A stretch of DNA of 64,000 nt from Ophelia neglecta (lineage: Eukaryota). The notes below the pieces were generated by a model that did no database searches, was not told the DNA's origin, and saw only the letters and a list, made by a program, of their open reading frames with translations. The stretch covers positions 24,800,001 to 24,864,000 of the forward strand of contig OZ260662.1 in NCBI GenBank assembly GCA_965285935.1. Reading direction: 5' to 3'. The position numbers and the translations under genes are program-made. Shown one piece after another: positions 24,180 to 36,571 of the stretch (its first letter is position 1; the number at the start of each line of letters is the position of its first letter).

Positions 24180-25255
24180 TTGTTAGAATGGTAGAATTAA
24201 TCATACACGTTTTTACATCAATCTTAAAGGCCGGCAATGAACAATTAAATTTGATATTCTGACACAACTGGTTGTAGAGCTAGACCCCTTGAAAAATCAT
24301 GGATCAGCGAACAAGGTTTAACCAAACAGTGGAGTAGCCAGTTGGGCCGTTTGCCTGGTCATATAATTATCTGTGTCAGCATAACGTTTAAACATAGTAG
24401 AAATTGGAGAAGGCAACACACCATGGGGATAGCGGTACATAAAAATAGCAACATTATAGCTTTATAATTTAGGTAGAGATAGTATTTCCAGCTAAAAAGT
24501 ATGGTAGAGTATGCTTCAGTCGGCCAGCATCGGCAACGAACCTCACAGCCCTCTCTTTGAGTGTCAGCAGCGGGCTGAGATAGCAATCAAAAGACCTTCC
24601 CCTTAATACATTACAGTATACGAGATACGGGTAAAAGAAAGCATAATACAAATGTAAGAGTATCTTGGTTATACTAGTTCCTACATTTAAAATTTTTCCA
24701 AAGTCCTCGCGCTATTTTGCTCCAATATAAAGTAAATGCTGATTGCGTAAAAGCCCATAATCTATAATCACCCATTGAACTTATTTGTCTAAAACATATC
24801 AATGGTTCCTCCTGAAAAAAATATGAGATTGCAGTTATATCATTTCTGTGCCTGGTCCTTATAAAAATAATGAGGATTTTAAAGTTTAGATTTAATTTAT
24901 TGGTGCCTAGTCAAAGAATAGTTTTTAGTCTCAATGTACATGGTTTGTATGTGATGGTTTGGATCCTTACCAGAGAGAAAAATATTTGAATCGTCCGCAA
25001 AAAGAATACTAAACACCTTATTGCTGACCCTGTCAAGATCATTTACATATAAAAGAAAGAGTTATGGAATGAGAATTGAGCCCTGATGGACCCCAGAAGT
25101 TATTAGTTGTTTATTCGATAAGGCTACATTATATTAAACAAAGTGAGTATTTTTACAACCTTCGCACTAATATCATCCCATCCAGTGTACAGCATTCTTC
25201 ATTTCAAGTTAAGTATCAGGATCAGCAAAAAGGAAGTGCCTTTTCTGGCATCAAA
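24180..25255 (-). mobile_element. Decayed CR1-group LINE, RT C-terminal half
   Basis: Minus strand reads SGVHQGSILIP*LFLLYVNDL, SILFADDSNIFLSGKD, YYAFFYPYLVYCNV, NCSLPAFKIDVK; collinear with the intact copy at 35129-36571 but with stops and frameshifts. Confidence 0.88.
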
Positions 25256-25349
25256 GTAATTCATGCTGTAAAGCCTTCAAACTGGTGGGTGTGAAGTGCA
25301 TCAAGTATCACTACAGCGACACCACTGTTATTATCTCTATACGGTGCAT

Positions 25350-25436
25350 TATGGGTTCGCTAGGCGCCTATCCACTGCTGCCTACGTATAACTTGTTGTA
25401 CCTGGGTTGCGGCGGACAGGCGCCTTCGTACCTGTG
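25350..25436. repeat. Imperfect ~87-nt inverted repeat / long hairpin
   Basis: tatgggttcgctaggcgcctatccactgctgcctacgta pairs with tacctgggttgcggcggacaggcgccttcgtacctgtg, allowing G-U pairs and a few mismatches. Confidence 0.7.
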
Positions 25437-28349
25437 AATTCAATATCCCATTTTTTTAAAATAGTATTATCTTACCCATACATCATTCTTCTACTATTAC
25501 ACCTCATCCTACCACATGCTTGTCCATAATGTCGGTAAGTATTACCTTTTTGAACTTAGGCTTGTATGCCTTCAACTTTTGTTAAAATCCAAATTATGAA
25601 ATAAATATTGTGAAAACTATAGCAAACTGAATTCAGAAACACTGTTGATTAAAAGGTAAACAGTTTTATCAAATGTGGTAAAATAGCATATTTGACTAAT
25701 TGGCATTTAGAATCGGTAAGGGTGTAATTGGGATAGGTCAATAATATTATGTTGACATAGACAAACATACGGTGGTAAAACGACGTATGCACTAATGTGG
25801 TAAATAAGCGGACATCCTAAGCTACAACATTGGTCCAGCCTTAATACATTACAAAGAGAAAGGTTAAAAACTAAGTTGAAATGGTTATGCATTTACGGGA
25901 AATGGTGGCCACTTATAAGAATATTTGGGGCTGTCCTTCAACCCTTAGGGTGTTATTTGCCTAGGCCATTGTCCTGCTCTAATAAAACACCTATGCATTA
26001 GATGCAATATTTGGAAGATTGGTGTATGCAGTATAGCGGTAAATATATAAGGATGATTTGCATACAAACAATCAAACCTAGTCACATTTAGTCTAGATAA
26101 TACTAAAGGTAATCTAATGTGTTGAAATAAACCTTTAGCTAACTGAGTACAGCATTGCTTCTGCCTTGAAACACTTTTCACAATATTAGTGTGTGTGACC
26201 TTACAGTAAAAAACGGTATAGAGGCAAGTTATAAGTTGACAAATGTATTACACGTATTGTCAATTTTCCTCGAACATTTTCGATAAAAATTCATATAACC
26301 ACTTAGTGTCAGTGTCCTGATCAACCAACAAATATATTTTGTAAAAGAGATGCGCATCAAAAACAGTGTTAGCATGGCATTTACGTTATATCTCTCATTG
26401 CCAATGTTTTGTTTTCAAGCTATACCGTTATAGATACAGTACTTGTATTTTTCGTGGTGTTTAAAAATCTAATGCATAGTTTTATTTAATATAGACTTCA
26501 ATATAACTCTGTTTTACCAGCGTATTTTATTGACATGACTTCAGTTTTACAATAGCCATATATAAAGTAAACAGTATATCATAAACGTTATACAACCAGT
26601 TCTTTAATTCAATCCCAGAACAAAGAGATCAGCACTAGAAGAACATCGTTACCTAATATGTTTTTTCCCTTTATTTTACCACATACTACTGACAAACGTA
26701 AAATAAATGATATAAACTCGTTACAAAACTTATTATTCATGGTAACAATTATCTGCAAAGACCAGCTTAATATGCCGACCTAACTCATTGTGGTTCGAAC
26801 AATCATAACAACGACCCATACGTGATATATTTTGACATACAACTAAGGCAAGAAAAAACAGTTATGCCTACATAGTATTTAAATTTACATTTAAATATAA
26901 GTAAACATAGTTATTGACTGTACAGCGGATTATTTTTTTGTGAGCTTTAGGGTAGCTATTGGGAAGGGAAGGGGGTCTCTAGACAGCAAAATAAAATACA
27001 CAGCGTATCTCCCGAGGAAGGAGTACACTTACTTTCATTGGCATTCTACACATGATATGGAATATAAAATGGGACTAGTTCTAAGACCGTTTTATTCACA
27101 AACAATTGTTCAAGACCAGTGTGATCGTCACGATCAGTATTCACTATCGATCGACAGTTCCCAGCACACTCAGTGTAAAACATCAAAGTGTATTTAGGGT
27201 TCGTGTTCTGATAACTTGCTTTACAGAAATTGCTGGTAAAAACCCGATCCAAAATTAATTTAGTGCTTGCCTTTTATTTCATAGTGTTGCTGCCAATTTT
27301 CTGTGTTTGCAAACATATTTGTCCGGATTTCAGCTTTTCACAAGCAATGGATGAAACCAAATTTGATTCTTACAATGAAATACACCTTCGGTGAAGTTAC
27401 AAACATGTCTTTCCAAAATATTCTCTGCCCTAGCCTGTTATTTATTGGCATTTATTAAGCTTGGAACGTTGTCAGTGTACCTTTTAATCATGTTTACAGT
27501 TTAAGTATGTGTGTATTAGAGAATACTATCACATTTAGTAGCGACTCTAACGTTTTACCTGTTACTGTTGTTGGCCTTTACGAACCTGATCACGCGATAT
27601 TGATGAGTCATATTATTGAAACAGGTATTGTTTTACGCATTAAGATAAGATTACTGCTTTAAACCAATGTTTTGAAATATCGCTGTTATTGACTAATAGA
27701 AATATAACAGGTCCGGCTAAAGTGGAGATATCGTTTAATCATATTATTGATATTCATTACATTTCTCATTTCATTCATCGATTCACCTTTTTTACATATA
27801 AGCTTAATCATCTTTGCTCCGTTTGTCATATTATTTTCACAGCATTTGTGTAAAATAAAAATAGATGCTTAAATTTAGACACATACTTTCATCTATTCTA
27901 TTTCGCACCTGTCGGTGCATACAACATTTGATCTTATTCTGTTGGCACATGTTATAGTTGTAATATAATCATAACCGTTGTTTTTCACGTGATACTAACG
28001 CTTTTGTTAGCATTTGCTATTGTAAAAATCACAATGTAAATAAATATGTATAAACCAAACCAAGTCGAGATATCAATTATAACAAGTGTAAGGCACATCT
28101 ACCCTGTGTGCAAATGGTACGACGTCCTTAATGACATACGCACTACATGATGCGCTCCCTTTGCAATACACATTTTATCTACTCAAACCGTTAATTAATG
28201 TACTAATCTAAACAGTCTGGAAGTTAAATATAAACTTGGTATAGATATAATGTAATAACATGGTCCCATCTGGAGGATAAGAAACTGGGAAGTTTAACGT
28301 TACACATCCGGAAAAAGTCGAGATTGAATGGCAGTTTCCCATTTTATTT

Positions 28350-29573
28350 TCAAAGTTCTTGTAATCGCAAACCATCTTCTTTGCTGGAAAGGCCGCTTAT
28401 TTCGCCAATGCGAGTACGCGAGGTGTGGGTGTAGGATCGCTGGCGGGTAACACTGCGCTTGCACACTTGACGCATACATAGAACATCCGCCACTTCATGG
28501 CGGAATTTCTTCCCGGTGATACAGTAGAGAAAAAAATTGATGCTATGATTAACGTACATCAGAAGGAAACATATAATTTTCACCAGCTGTGCTACTGCTA
28601 CACCGTATGTTGAATGCATCCACCAGGCTGCCGGAAAAACCGAATACAGAGTGAATGGCAATGTAAGAAGGAACCAGCTAAAAGAAACAGAAAGTAGCAT
28701 GTATGTAATGCGACGTTGCGTCTCGTTTTGAGCCTGTTTTCCGATGTATGTAGATCTGTAGACGCCGCCGTAGGTATTTTGAATAGACTGCCTTTTAGAG
28801 TTTCTGATCATAGGAGAGTCCCGGTTCAGTTTCATGATTATGCACACGTTAAGCCCTAATACGATCACAAATGGTATGAAAGAATAGGTGGCCAACTTTA
28901 AGTAATTGTAAGTATAGTTGTGAAAATTATCCCAGCGGTAGGGACCACAAATGAATTTTGTTCCAAGATCAGACTTGAATGTCTGTAAATGGTAAGTCCA
29001 TAACAATTGTATGTTGTAAACGACCATAATAACAAAACATGCGAGAGTCATTGTGGCCGCTCTGCGTGTTGTGCAAAACATGGCGGCTTTTAGTGGAAAC
29101 CATACCGCCACGAACCTATCGGATGTCATAAACACTATCAGCCAAGCCGACATATGTAATGCCATTGCGAAGAAGAATATCAATGTCTTACACAAACCGT
29201 TCGAAGCGTGTAAAAACTCCACTCCAAAAACCACCCGCACCCAAGTTTTCAAAGCACTTACATACAAAACAATGGTATCAGCACATGCCAACATCATTAG
29301 ATAAACATAAACGGACTTCCCGAGCATGCGCTTGCGCACAATAACCGCTATGCTTAGACAATTGCCAAACGTACCTACTAAAATGATTATAGGTAATAAG
29401 TATTGTAATAAACCATACGAGACAGCTGTGATCCGCATTTGCCCGGGATTCTTCGTCAGCGGGGTGTGGTTAAGTGCAGAACTATTGGAGTTATCTAGAA
29501 GCTCCGCAGGGTACAAAAAACTGTAGTTGTTAGCGCGTGTAGCAGTGCTGTTTAGATAAAGGGAATGCTCCAT
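28350..29573 (-). CDS. Class A GPCR, FMRFamide/peptide-receptor-like orphan (407 aa, intronless CDS), paralog 1
   Basis: Seven hydrophobic segments; GN in TM1, LACAD in TM2, TM3 Cys plus SDRFVAVWFP, IPF in TM5, LLTLP in TM6, NHSINFFLYC in TM7, helix 8 KFRHEV; N-terminal N-glycosylation sequons. Confidence 0.95.
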   Translation of the reverse strand: MEHSLYLNSTATRANNYSFLYPAELLDNSNSSALNHTPLTKNPGQMRITAVSYGLLQYLLPIIILVGTFGNCLSIAVIVRKRMLGKSVYVYLMMLACADTIVLYVSALKTWVRVVFGVEFLHASNGLCKTLIFFFAMALHMSAWLIVFMTSDRFVAVWFPLKAAMFCTTRRAATMTLACFVIMVVYNIQLLWTYHLQTFKSDLGTKFICGPYRWDNFHNYTYNYLKLATYSFIPFVIVLGLNVCIIMKLNRDSPMIRNSKRQSIQNTYGGVYRSTYIGKQAQNETQRRITYMLLSVSFSWFLLTLPFTLYSVFPAAWWMHSTYGVAVAQLVKIICFLLMYVNHSINFFLYCITGKKFRHEVADVLCMRQVCKRSVTRQRSYTHTSRTRIGEISGLSSKEDGLRLQEL

Positions 29574-32500
29574 GATGCTGTGATTCCAGTGTACCTATAA
29601 TAATGTTGATAACTCACTACTGTGCCTGCCCCGTTTCCAATCGGCTGTTTGCATCTAGATTCATTTATTAATAGCTGCTACGGGAATGTGAATATAAGCA
29701 GTGAAAGTTTCTCTCCTACCGAAAACCCGTGAATAATATTGTCCTAAATATTCCGCCTGTGCCGGTACCTCCTAGATCACTGAAGTGTTGCAACGGTTAA
29801 ATGAAGTCTTTAAATGCTTAACAGCCGCACCTTATTGTGAAAGTCAGGCAAGTAGCCACAAACGCTGTCAGGGAAAGTTGAGTAAAACTAACAAGTAGTA
29901 TCATTTCCCCAATCAACACGTGGAATTAATGCGATGAATTTCTGAATGGTAGAATGCAAACGTATTAGCGCCCCTCTCCATGGTTTATTGATAAGATGAG
30001 CAATGAGGCTTATGCTCCTCAGTTTAAACGCCTCACAGCGCTCTGCGGGAAGTGTGGGCGCGTGCAGCGTCTTCTAATTGGTATCGCAATTACATTTGGC
30101 CGCTCTGTATGTATCCAAGTTACACTATTAACAGTGTGCGAAATTAACGATGGACCGATAGAACCAGTCTACAATAAAATTCGTCCGTTTTAGCTTTTGT
30201 GTATATCCATGATCCTATTATCTATGAAGCTGTTAGCCCAATTTATTTAAAAAATGTTTCATACTTCGCACCAAATAGCGTCGGCGTTGTCGGCCATACT
30301 TCTTAACTAGTCTTAACTACCCATAACATGTATCCTACCTATGTACTAGGCGTACTAGAATACGCTTGCACAGCATATGCTTGTTTTACGTCAATGTTTT
30401 GCCTTATTGAGGCTGCATAAAATACTCCAGTATATAATGGACTGGAAAGGCCGTTGTCTTAACACTTTCCTTGCTGGCCCTAAATGGCAGGCTCCTTTTT
30501 TTTAATTACCATAGCCTGAATTCACTTAGTCCAGCTTTCGACCAACACCATGAACGGAAATAAGTGATATTACAATGGAAAGCGCATGATATGAGAATCC
30601 CATCAAATGGTAGTCAGTTTTGTACATAATTCGTAATATTTTTTTTAGGGTAGATATTTTAATATTTCCCTGTCAAGGATACTTGCTATTTAGATCCAAT
30701 CCAATTAGGCGGGCAATATTTCTGGACCAGAATACAGGTAAAATCAGTGAGATTTAATTAATCACTTGAAAAAAAGATGAAGATACGTTGTTCTTTTTTA
30801 AAAAAAGTAACGAAGTAATATGTGAGTACAGCAATCTGTATGAAGGAACACAATGTTTCTTGCATTGATATACAAGTCCAGAAAGATCTGGGAAATTTTC
30901 GATTTAAGTTCCATTAGACCTATGCCTATGATGGCCAACAAGTTTGAATCATAGAATGCACTATTGTGCATCATCTCGTCTTCAATATAATTCTAAAGTA
31001 ACGACGCAGAGCCCAGTTTAATGGCATTTGGCTTACCATTATAGCAACTTTATACGTGGGCGCATTCAAAAAACCTAAGCCCCCCCCCCCCCCTCTTCGT
31101 TCCAATATCAATCGCAACCCCCGTAAGCTAAAAGGAAGCACACATGAAACTTCAAACATTACCAGCAATTTTGATGATGAATCACTCATTAAATAATATC
31201 ACAGCATCGCTTTGACATGCTATCCGTTAATAGTGATGAACGAGATGCTTGACTCCATTCACAGAGATGAAAATGATTACTAAGGAACTAATTTTTAGCC
31301 GATGGGCATCAGAAAATAAGAACTACAAGGCCATACTAAGAGATGACGCATGAATGACTTGCTCTCATATTGATTTGTTTTAGAAGCGAGTCATTTAACG
31401 TTCTATCTGTGGTCAATAATCCTAACTCACTTATACCCACTCCTACTTTCTTGTCACAAAAGCCCCTTAGAGGGTTACATGTCAGTGTGAACTGGGTAGT
31501 CCGGTGCCAACAACCTTCGGTCGGCCCCATATATGGTTCATAAACGGCGCCCTACCCCCACCCCAGCCGGACCCCGCCTCCTCCCAGAGTGCAAAGGTGG
31601 ACATTTTCTTGACGAAACTGCTGACTAAAAACATATTTGAACGTAAGAGAGTTATTTGATTTCTGGTTTCTATTCCGGCTAGAGGGTAGGCTATATGCTC
31701 TATTAATTTTCATAGTACAACGAATTACCAGTTGGGTAACTTTCTCTGGTGGGATAAAAACTTCCGTGATTGTAAACATGAAAACAAAATGCGGGTGTAA
31801 ATGGTTTTTAAAAGTCCGGTTGCCTGTACAGGCTGCAGTGAACTATATAGCCTTTGGGAATTATGGAATCCAAAAGAATTTCAAAAGGATTAAGCAGGGT
31901 CACCATATGATGAATCTTAATAGGCACTGTTAATAAACTGTATATTCTAGTTTGCATTGTTTAACACCAACTCAGTAAAATACAGCAATGGCCATAAGTA
32001 ATCTATTTATCACATCCTCGGCCTAGAGGCCTTACTCATCTGCGTATATAGCATCGTATACTGCAGATTCACGTGTTCAGGAAAACTAAAAGCGCGGCTG
32101 GTTCACAAAAAAAAATACCTTTTGGTGCACTATGGAGAATATTTAATACCATTTTATTCTTAAGAAAGCAATGACTTTTTACATGTTTTTCCTGTTTTAT
32201 GTTTATTGAGACGATTGCATTTTAGTCTTGAATATTAGTAGCGTTTTGTCTACTATAATCTATCCTGGCGCATAGTTAATCTCTGTTCTACGTAGACCAC
32301 TGAATCGCTTGTTTTATGCCTCGACTCGCATCGTGGCAAACTGTGGCGATCAGTTACCTGGGGATTGGTGCATGTGGGCTTGTGGCTGATAGCTTTAATG
32401 ATTACGGACCAATTTAATGGCCTATTCTAGATAAATAAATAAAATTTTTGCCCGGTATCCACTCACGCTTCTGCGGGTATCCACTCCCACCGTTATTCCT

Positions 32501-33552
32501 GATGTTTATGCCCCGTGTGTATATTTTGTTTACCTGTTTACTGTAGACCAAGGGCAAAGTTAGTACAGTTTTCGGGATAACTTGTAACCGTGAGCACTAC
32601 ATACATATTATAGTTTTATGTCTACTTAGAACTTTGTTATGATCTGAAATAATCTGAAAAATATACTTGGATTGAAAATGCTACATTTTAATCATGAATT
32701 CAACCAAAATGTCTTTAATTTCCCCCTTGGGGTTATCCTGACTGTTCATATCAAAATAGATGTCCAGTTTCGGATCTGTGTTGTCATAAAGCTATAAAAT
32801 GTCCTTTCACTAATTTCCTGTCCGACAGCGAGCACCCGACATGGCGAAAAGTGAATATAGCATGTTTTGAACTACGTTTGGGCCCATGTTAATGAGTGTA
32901 TGGCCTGGAATTGCAGGAATGTCACATGAAACAAGATAATGGAATATGTTACCCAATGGATATATGGCTCAGGCTTTGAAATTATCGCCATTTATATGAA
33001 CTCACTGAATTCCAACAGTGAACACCCTGCAAGATCATCTCTCGTGTAGATATTCACCACACTTGATATATCAGATATGTATTTATTTTCCAGGTCAGAT
33101 ACAAGTTGCAGTGAGCAATGAAAAAGCAATATAGCAAATATATTGCTGCCAGCTGGTAGGGGTTCTAGAGCTCCTAGGGTAATAATAAAGTTGGCCAAGC
33201 TGGCCTGTGATATGCCAAGAAAGGCAGAAAAAAATATCTGGATTGCCGGGATTATATGTGAATGGTAAAATGTAGATAGTATGCTTATGAATGATAAATA
33301 ATATGAGACCCGAGATGGTATTGTTTTGGAATTGTGGGATAGCGACAGACAAATTTGTATATTTATTGGTTAATCTGTACCGTATGGCTCCTACACGTCG
33401 AAAAAGGTTATTGGTGGGAAAATACGAAAAATGAGGTCAAAAGCCTACATTAAACCTATTTAATTCCCTTCATGTATGTAATTTATTCTTGTTACTTAGA
33501 TATTTCTGGTAAAAATGTGCATCAGTGTATTTATAATTTGTGTATTTGAGGT

Positions 33553-34062
33553 AACAAGAGCCAAAGGCCTCTTCAATTGAGGTTTAATGGACGAAAAGTA
33601 TGGCCTGCAGTGATGGGAAAGGGTAAGGAGGCTGTGGTGATGGGTAGTGCCGGCCATATTTCCAGGAACTGTCCTCCGCGTTTAAGGCAAATCGTTTGTG
33701 GTACTTCATATCGTTTGTAGATATAAAGGCAGGCCAATTGGCGTGAACTTTTCATATTCACGCCGTTCTATGCGTTTCCGACTGTCCTTTGTAACTATGG
33801 CAACCAATCAGGTAGTACACGATGACGATCGCGACTATTGAGGGATCCTATCAACTTGAATAACAGGCGGTTCATTTGAGCCCATGTCGTAGACATTTTA
33901 TTTTCAAATGGCCAGGCGAGGCAGAAGATCCCATTTCTTTGCCAAAAAACATTGAAATAGATCTGCAATAAAAATGAGGTCTGAAAATAAATTTCCCCTT
34001 AGAATCATGACATGCAGTGCTGCCCCCTGGTGGGAGTTCCACAGTTCTTAGGGCAACAATAA
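33553..34062 (-). mobile_element. Possible non-autonomous Helentron/HINE-like interspersed repeat
   Basis: Minus-strand ends TTATTGTTGCCC...GAGGCCTTTGGCTCTTGTT with a small terminal hairpin resemble HINE/DINE-1 termini; no coding evidence. Confidence 0.3.
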
Positions 34063-34879
34063 AGTTGGCCTAGCTGGCCAGGATTATGTGTTTAAAGAAA
34101 AAAAAAAATCTTTTTCTTCACGAGTCTCTAACAATTGTTTTTTTTTTACATTTGCTATGGTGAATCTATATGCAGATTATAGCTGTGAACATACGAAAAA
34201 TGACGTCGAAAATCCATCATTTAACATGGGAGATTTATTAAGTTTCCTGCAATCAACAACATGTGTGATAGCCATACAATATCCGGTCACCGAGAGAAAA
34301 CAAGAAGTTTCATGTGATTATTGACCAACGCAAATAGACCTATATGTGTATAATGAAATGTTGATACAATTTACACGTTCTAGGCCGTGGACTCAAAACC
34401 CAAGGGTAATATGACTTTGGGGATGAATGTACCAGTATTTTGGAATCGGCGGGCGAAATAAACCAAAAATTCATGACCGGATCCCGAATAAACTTGTATT
34501 TCTAGAGAGCTGGACTTATAATACTAATACTAGGGTTTTAACACCGGGGACTCCCGGGTTTGAGTAAGGGTAAATAACTGTAGTCCGGGTGGAGCTTGCA
34601 CTGAAGGGACTCAAAAGCTTTTACACTGGAACTGCGTTCTAGCTTCCACGGTTACCACTCTTTGCTAAGGAGGCATATCTACACAGCCAACATATATTTT
34701 TTTACTGTTTACATGCTTGAAAATCGATTATTTTCCTCGCTTCATGCGACCTGCTATTTTTTTCCACAAGACGAGGCTGTGAATAAAACTGAAAGCCCTT
34801 GCTATGGAACAGGCAGCGTTAAGGTCGGTTATCATATTAACCCACTGGCTGGCGCACACGCTTTAGTTATAAACTCATA

Positions 34880-36571
34880 GATTTCTTGATCTTTCTTTAT
34901 TAATCGAGATATTGTGTACAATGTGTTTAAACAATCTAATTGGCTCCTGAGGCTAACTTTAGCCTATATGGGCCTCTGCTACTATTAACATTTTTATTGC
35001 TGCGCCATAAACGTATGCAACAGATCTATATAAGAAAAATTACAAAATAGGTGCATTGCTGTACACGGCACAGATGGATTGGAAAAATCAGTACCATAGT
35101 TATGTAGTACAATACAAGCGAGAATGATTTACAAACAGAGAAAAGATTTTACCATTTTTTTAAACGTATGAATAGAACAGTTATAATCTAAGAAATTTCT
35201 GGCATTGTTGTATGTCGTAATACTCTGATATAAAATGTGATTCTTTAATACATTAGTCTTTACAATTGGTAGATGGAGATTACATGATTGGCGAGTGGGA
35301 TATGCATGAACTTGAAAGTTAAATTGTAGTAACATCGAGATAATTCTTGGTAATTTCCCATTAAGGAATTTAAATATAAATATATGAAGTTTATATTGAA
35401 ATATAGAGTCAACAGTTAGAATGTTGTTTTCTAAGAATATTGGTGCGGAGGGCGCGGATCGGGACTTCCCAAAGACCATTCTTATGGCTCGCTTTTGAAT
35501 AGTACGAAGTGGATCGATATACGTTGTACACGTACTCCCCCAAATCTCAATACAGTAATCCAAATATGGATAAAGGAAAGCATAATACAGCGAGTGGAGA
35601 GTTTTATTAGTGAGAACTTTACGGGCCTTTGTTAAGATACCAAGTCCTCTACAAATTTTCCCTTTGATATATAATATATGGTCCTTCCATGTCAGATTGG
35701 AATCAAGGATAACCCCTAAGAATTTTGTCTTGTGTACACGATCAATCTTTTGACCTTTAATAGTCAGGTCACAAGTAGGCTCTACAGTACGGCCTTTGTT
35801 GCAAAATATCATAAAGTGTGTCTTGTTAACATTAAGAGTAAGTTTATTAGCATATAACCACGGTAAAATAAGTGAAATTTCTTTGTTGACTGTGTCCAGT
35901 AAATTATCGATATTTTTACCCGTAACAAGAAAATTAGAGTCGTCGGCAAACAAAAGAGTAAATAAAACTTTAGAAACTGTTGCCATATCATTGATATAGA
36001 GAAGAAACAGTAGCGGCCCCAGGATAGACCCCTGGGGCACACCACAAGAAATATTTAAATGCATCGAATAAGTGCCTTGGTAGTCAACAAATTGGCTGCG
36101 ACTATGTAAGTAGTTTTCTATCCATTCAAGGGCAATACCGCGAATGCCGTAATTATAGAGTTTGGATAGTAAAATAGTGTGGTTAACGGTATCAAATGCT
36201 TTGGAAAGGTCAATAAATAAGCCCACTGCACAATCACCTTTATCCAGAGCCTCAGAAATTTTATTAGTGAGGACTGTTATTGCCAGGTTAGTGGAGTGAC
36301 TTTGTCTAAAGCCAAACTGATTATCATATAAGATATGATTCGCCCTAATAAAAGATTCGAGTCTGGTATACATGAGCCTCTCGAATATCTTTGAGAAAAT
36401 AGGCAACACAGAAACGGGACGATAATTGGTAAATGAACTTGGGTCTCCACTTTTAAAGATAGGCAATACTCTCGCAATTTTCAGTTCATCTGGAAAGTGT
36501 CCCTGAAGAAAAGATAGTTCAATAGTATGAAGAAGTGGATCCATGTATGAATTTATACAAGTTTTGATAAT
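34880..36571 (-). mobile_element. Young, 5'-truncated CR1-group LINE with intact RT C-terminal ORF and 3'UTR
   Basis: ORF 35129-36544 stays open upstream to ~36571 (IIKTCINSY); 3'UTR stem-loop aggcta-N4-tagcct at 34950-34965; AATAAA (minus) at 34896-34901 followed by a short A-rich repeat tail. Confidence 0.92.
35129..36544 (-). CDS. Reverse transcriptase (LINE ORF2 fragment, 471 aa, no endonuclease domain)
   Basis: NYRPVSVL, QFGFR, DLSKAFDTV, GVPQGSILGPLLF, FADD and KFLGV motifs without a stop. Probably not independently expressed; the Met is internal. Confidence 0.9.
   Translation of the reverse strand: MDPLLHTIELSFLQGHFPDELKIARVLPIFKSGDPSSFTNYRPVSVLPIFSKIFERLMYTRLESFIRANHILYDNQFGFRQSHSTNLAITVLTNKISEALDKGDCAVGLFIDLSKAFDTVNHTILLSKLYNYGIRGIALEWIENYLHSRSQFVDYQGTYSMHLNISCGVPQGSILGPLLFLLYINDMATVSKVLFTLLFADDSNFLVTGKNIDNLLDTVNKEISLILPWLYANKLTLNVNKTHFMIFCNKGRTVEPTCDLTIKGQKIDRVHKTKFLGVILDSNLTWKDHILYIKGKICRGLGILTKARKVLTNKTLHSLYYAFLYPYLDYCIEIWGSTCTTYIDPLRTIQKRAIRMVFGKSRSAPSAPIFLENNILTVDSIFQYKLHIFIFKFLNGKLPRIISMLLQFNFQVHAYPTRQSCNLHLPIVKTNVLKNHILYQSITTYNNARNFLDYNCSIHTFKKMVKSFLCL

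Noticed and set aside
29053-29526. Plus-strand ORFs antisense to GPCR1, with look-alikes at 50974-51534
   Set aside because: Shadow ORFs; their mutual similarity simply mirrors the paralogous sense CDSs.
34530-34680. GC-rich patch with small hairpins suggesting a twister ribozyme or other ncRNA
   Set aside because: Lacks the twister pseudoknot elements, a telomerase template or Pol III boxes; only 5-7 bp stems.
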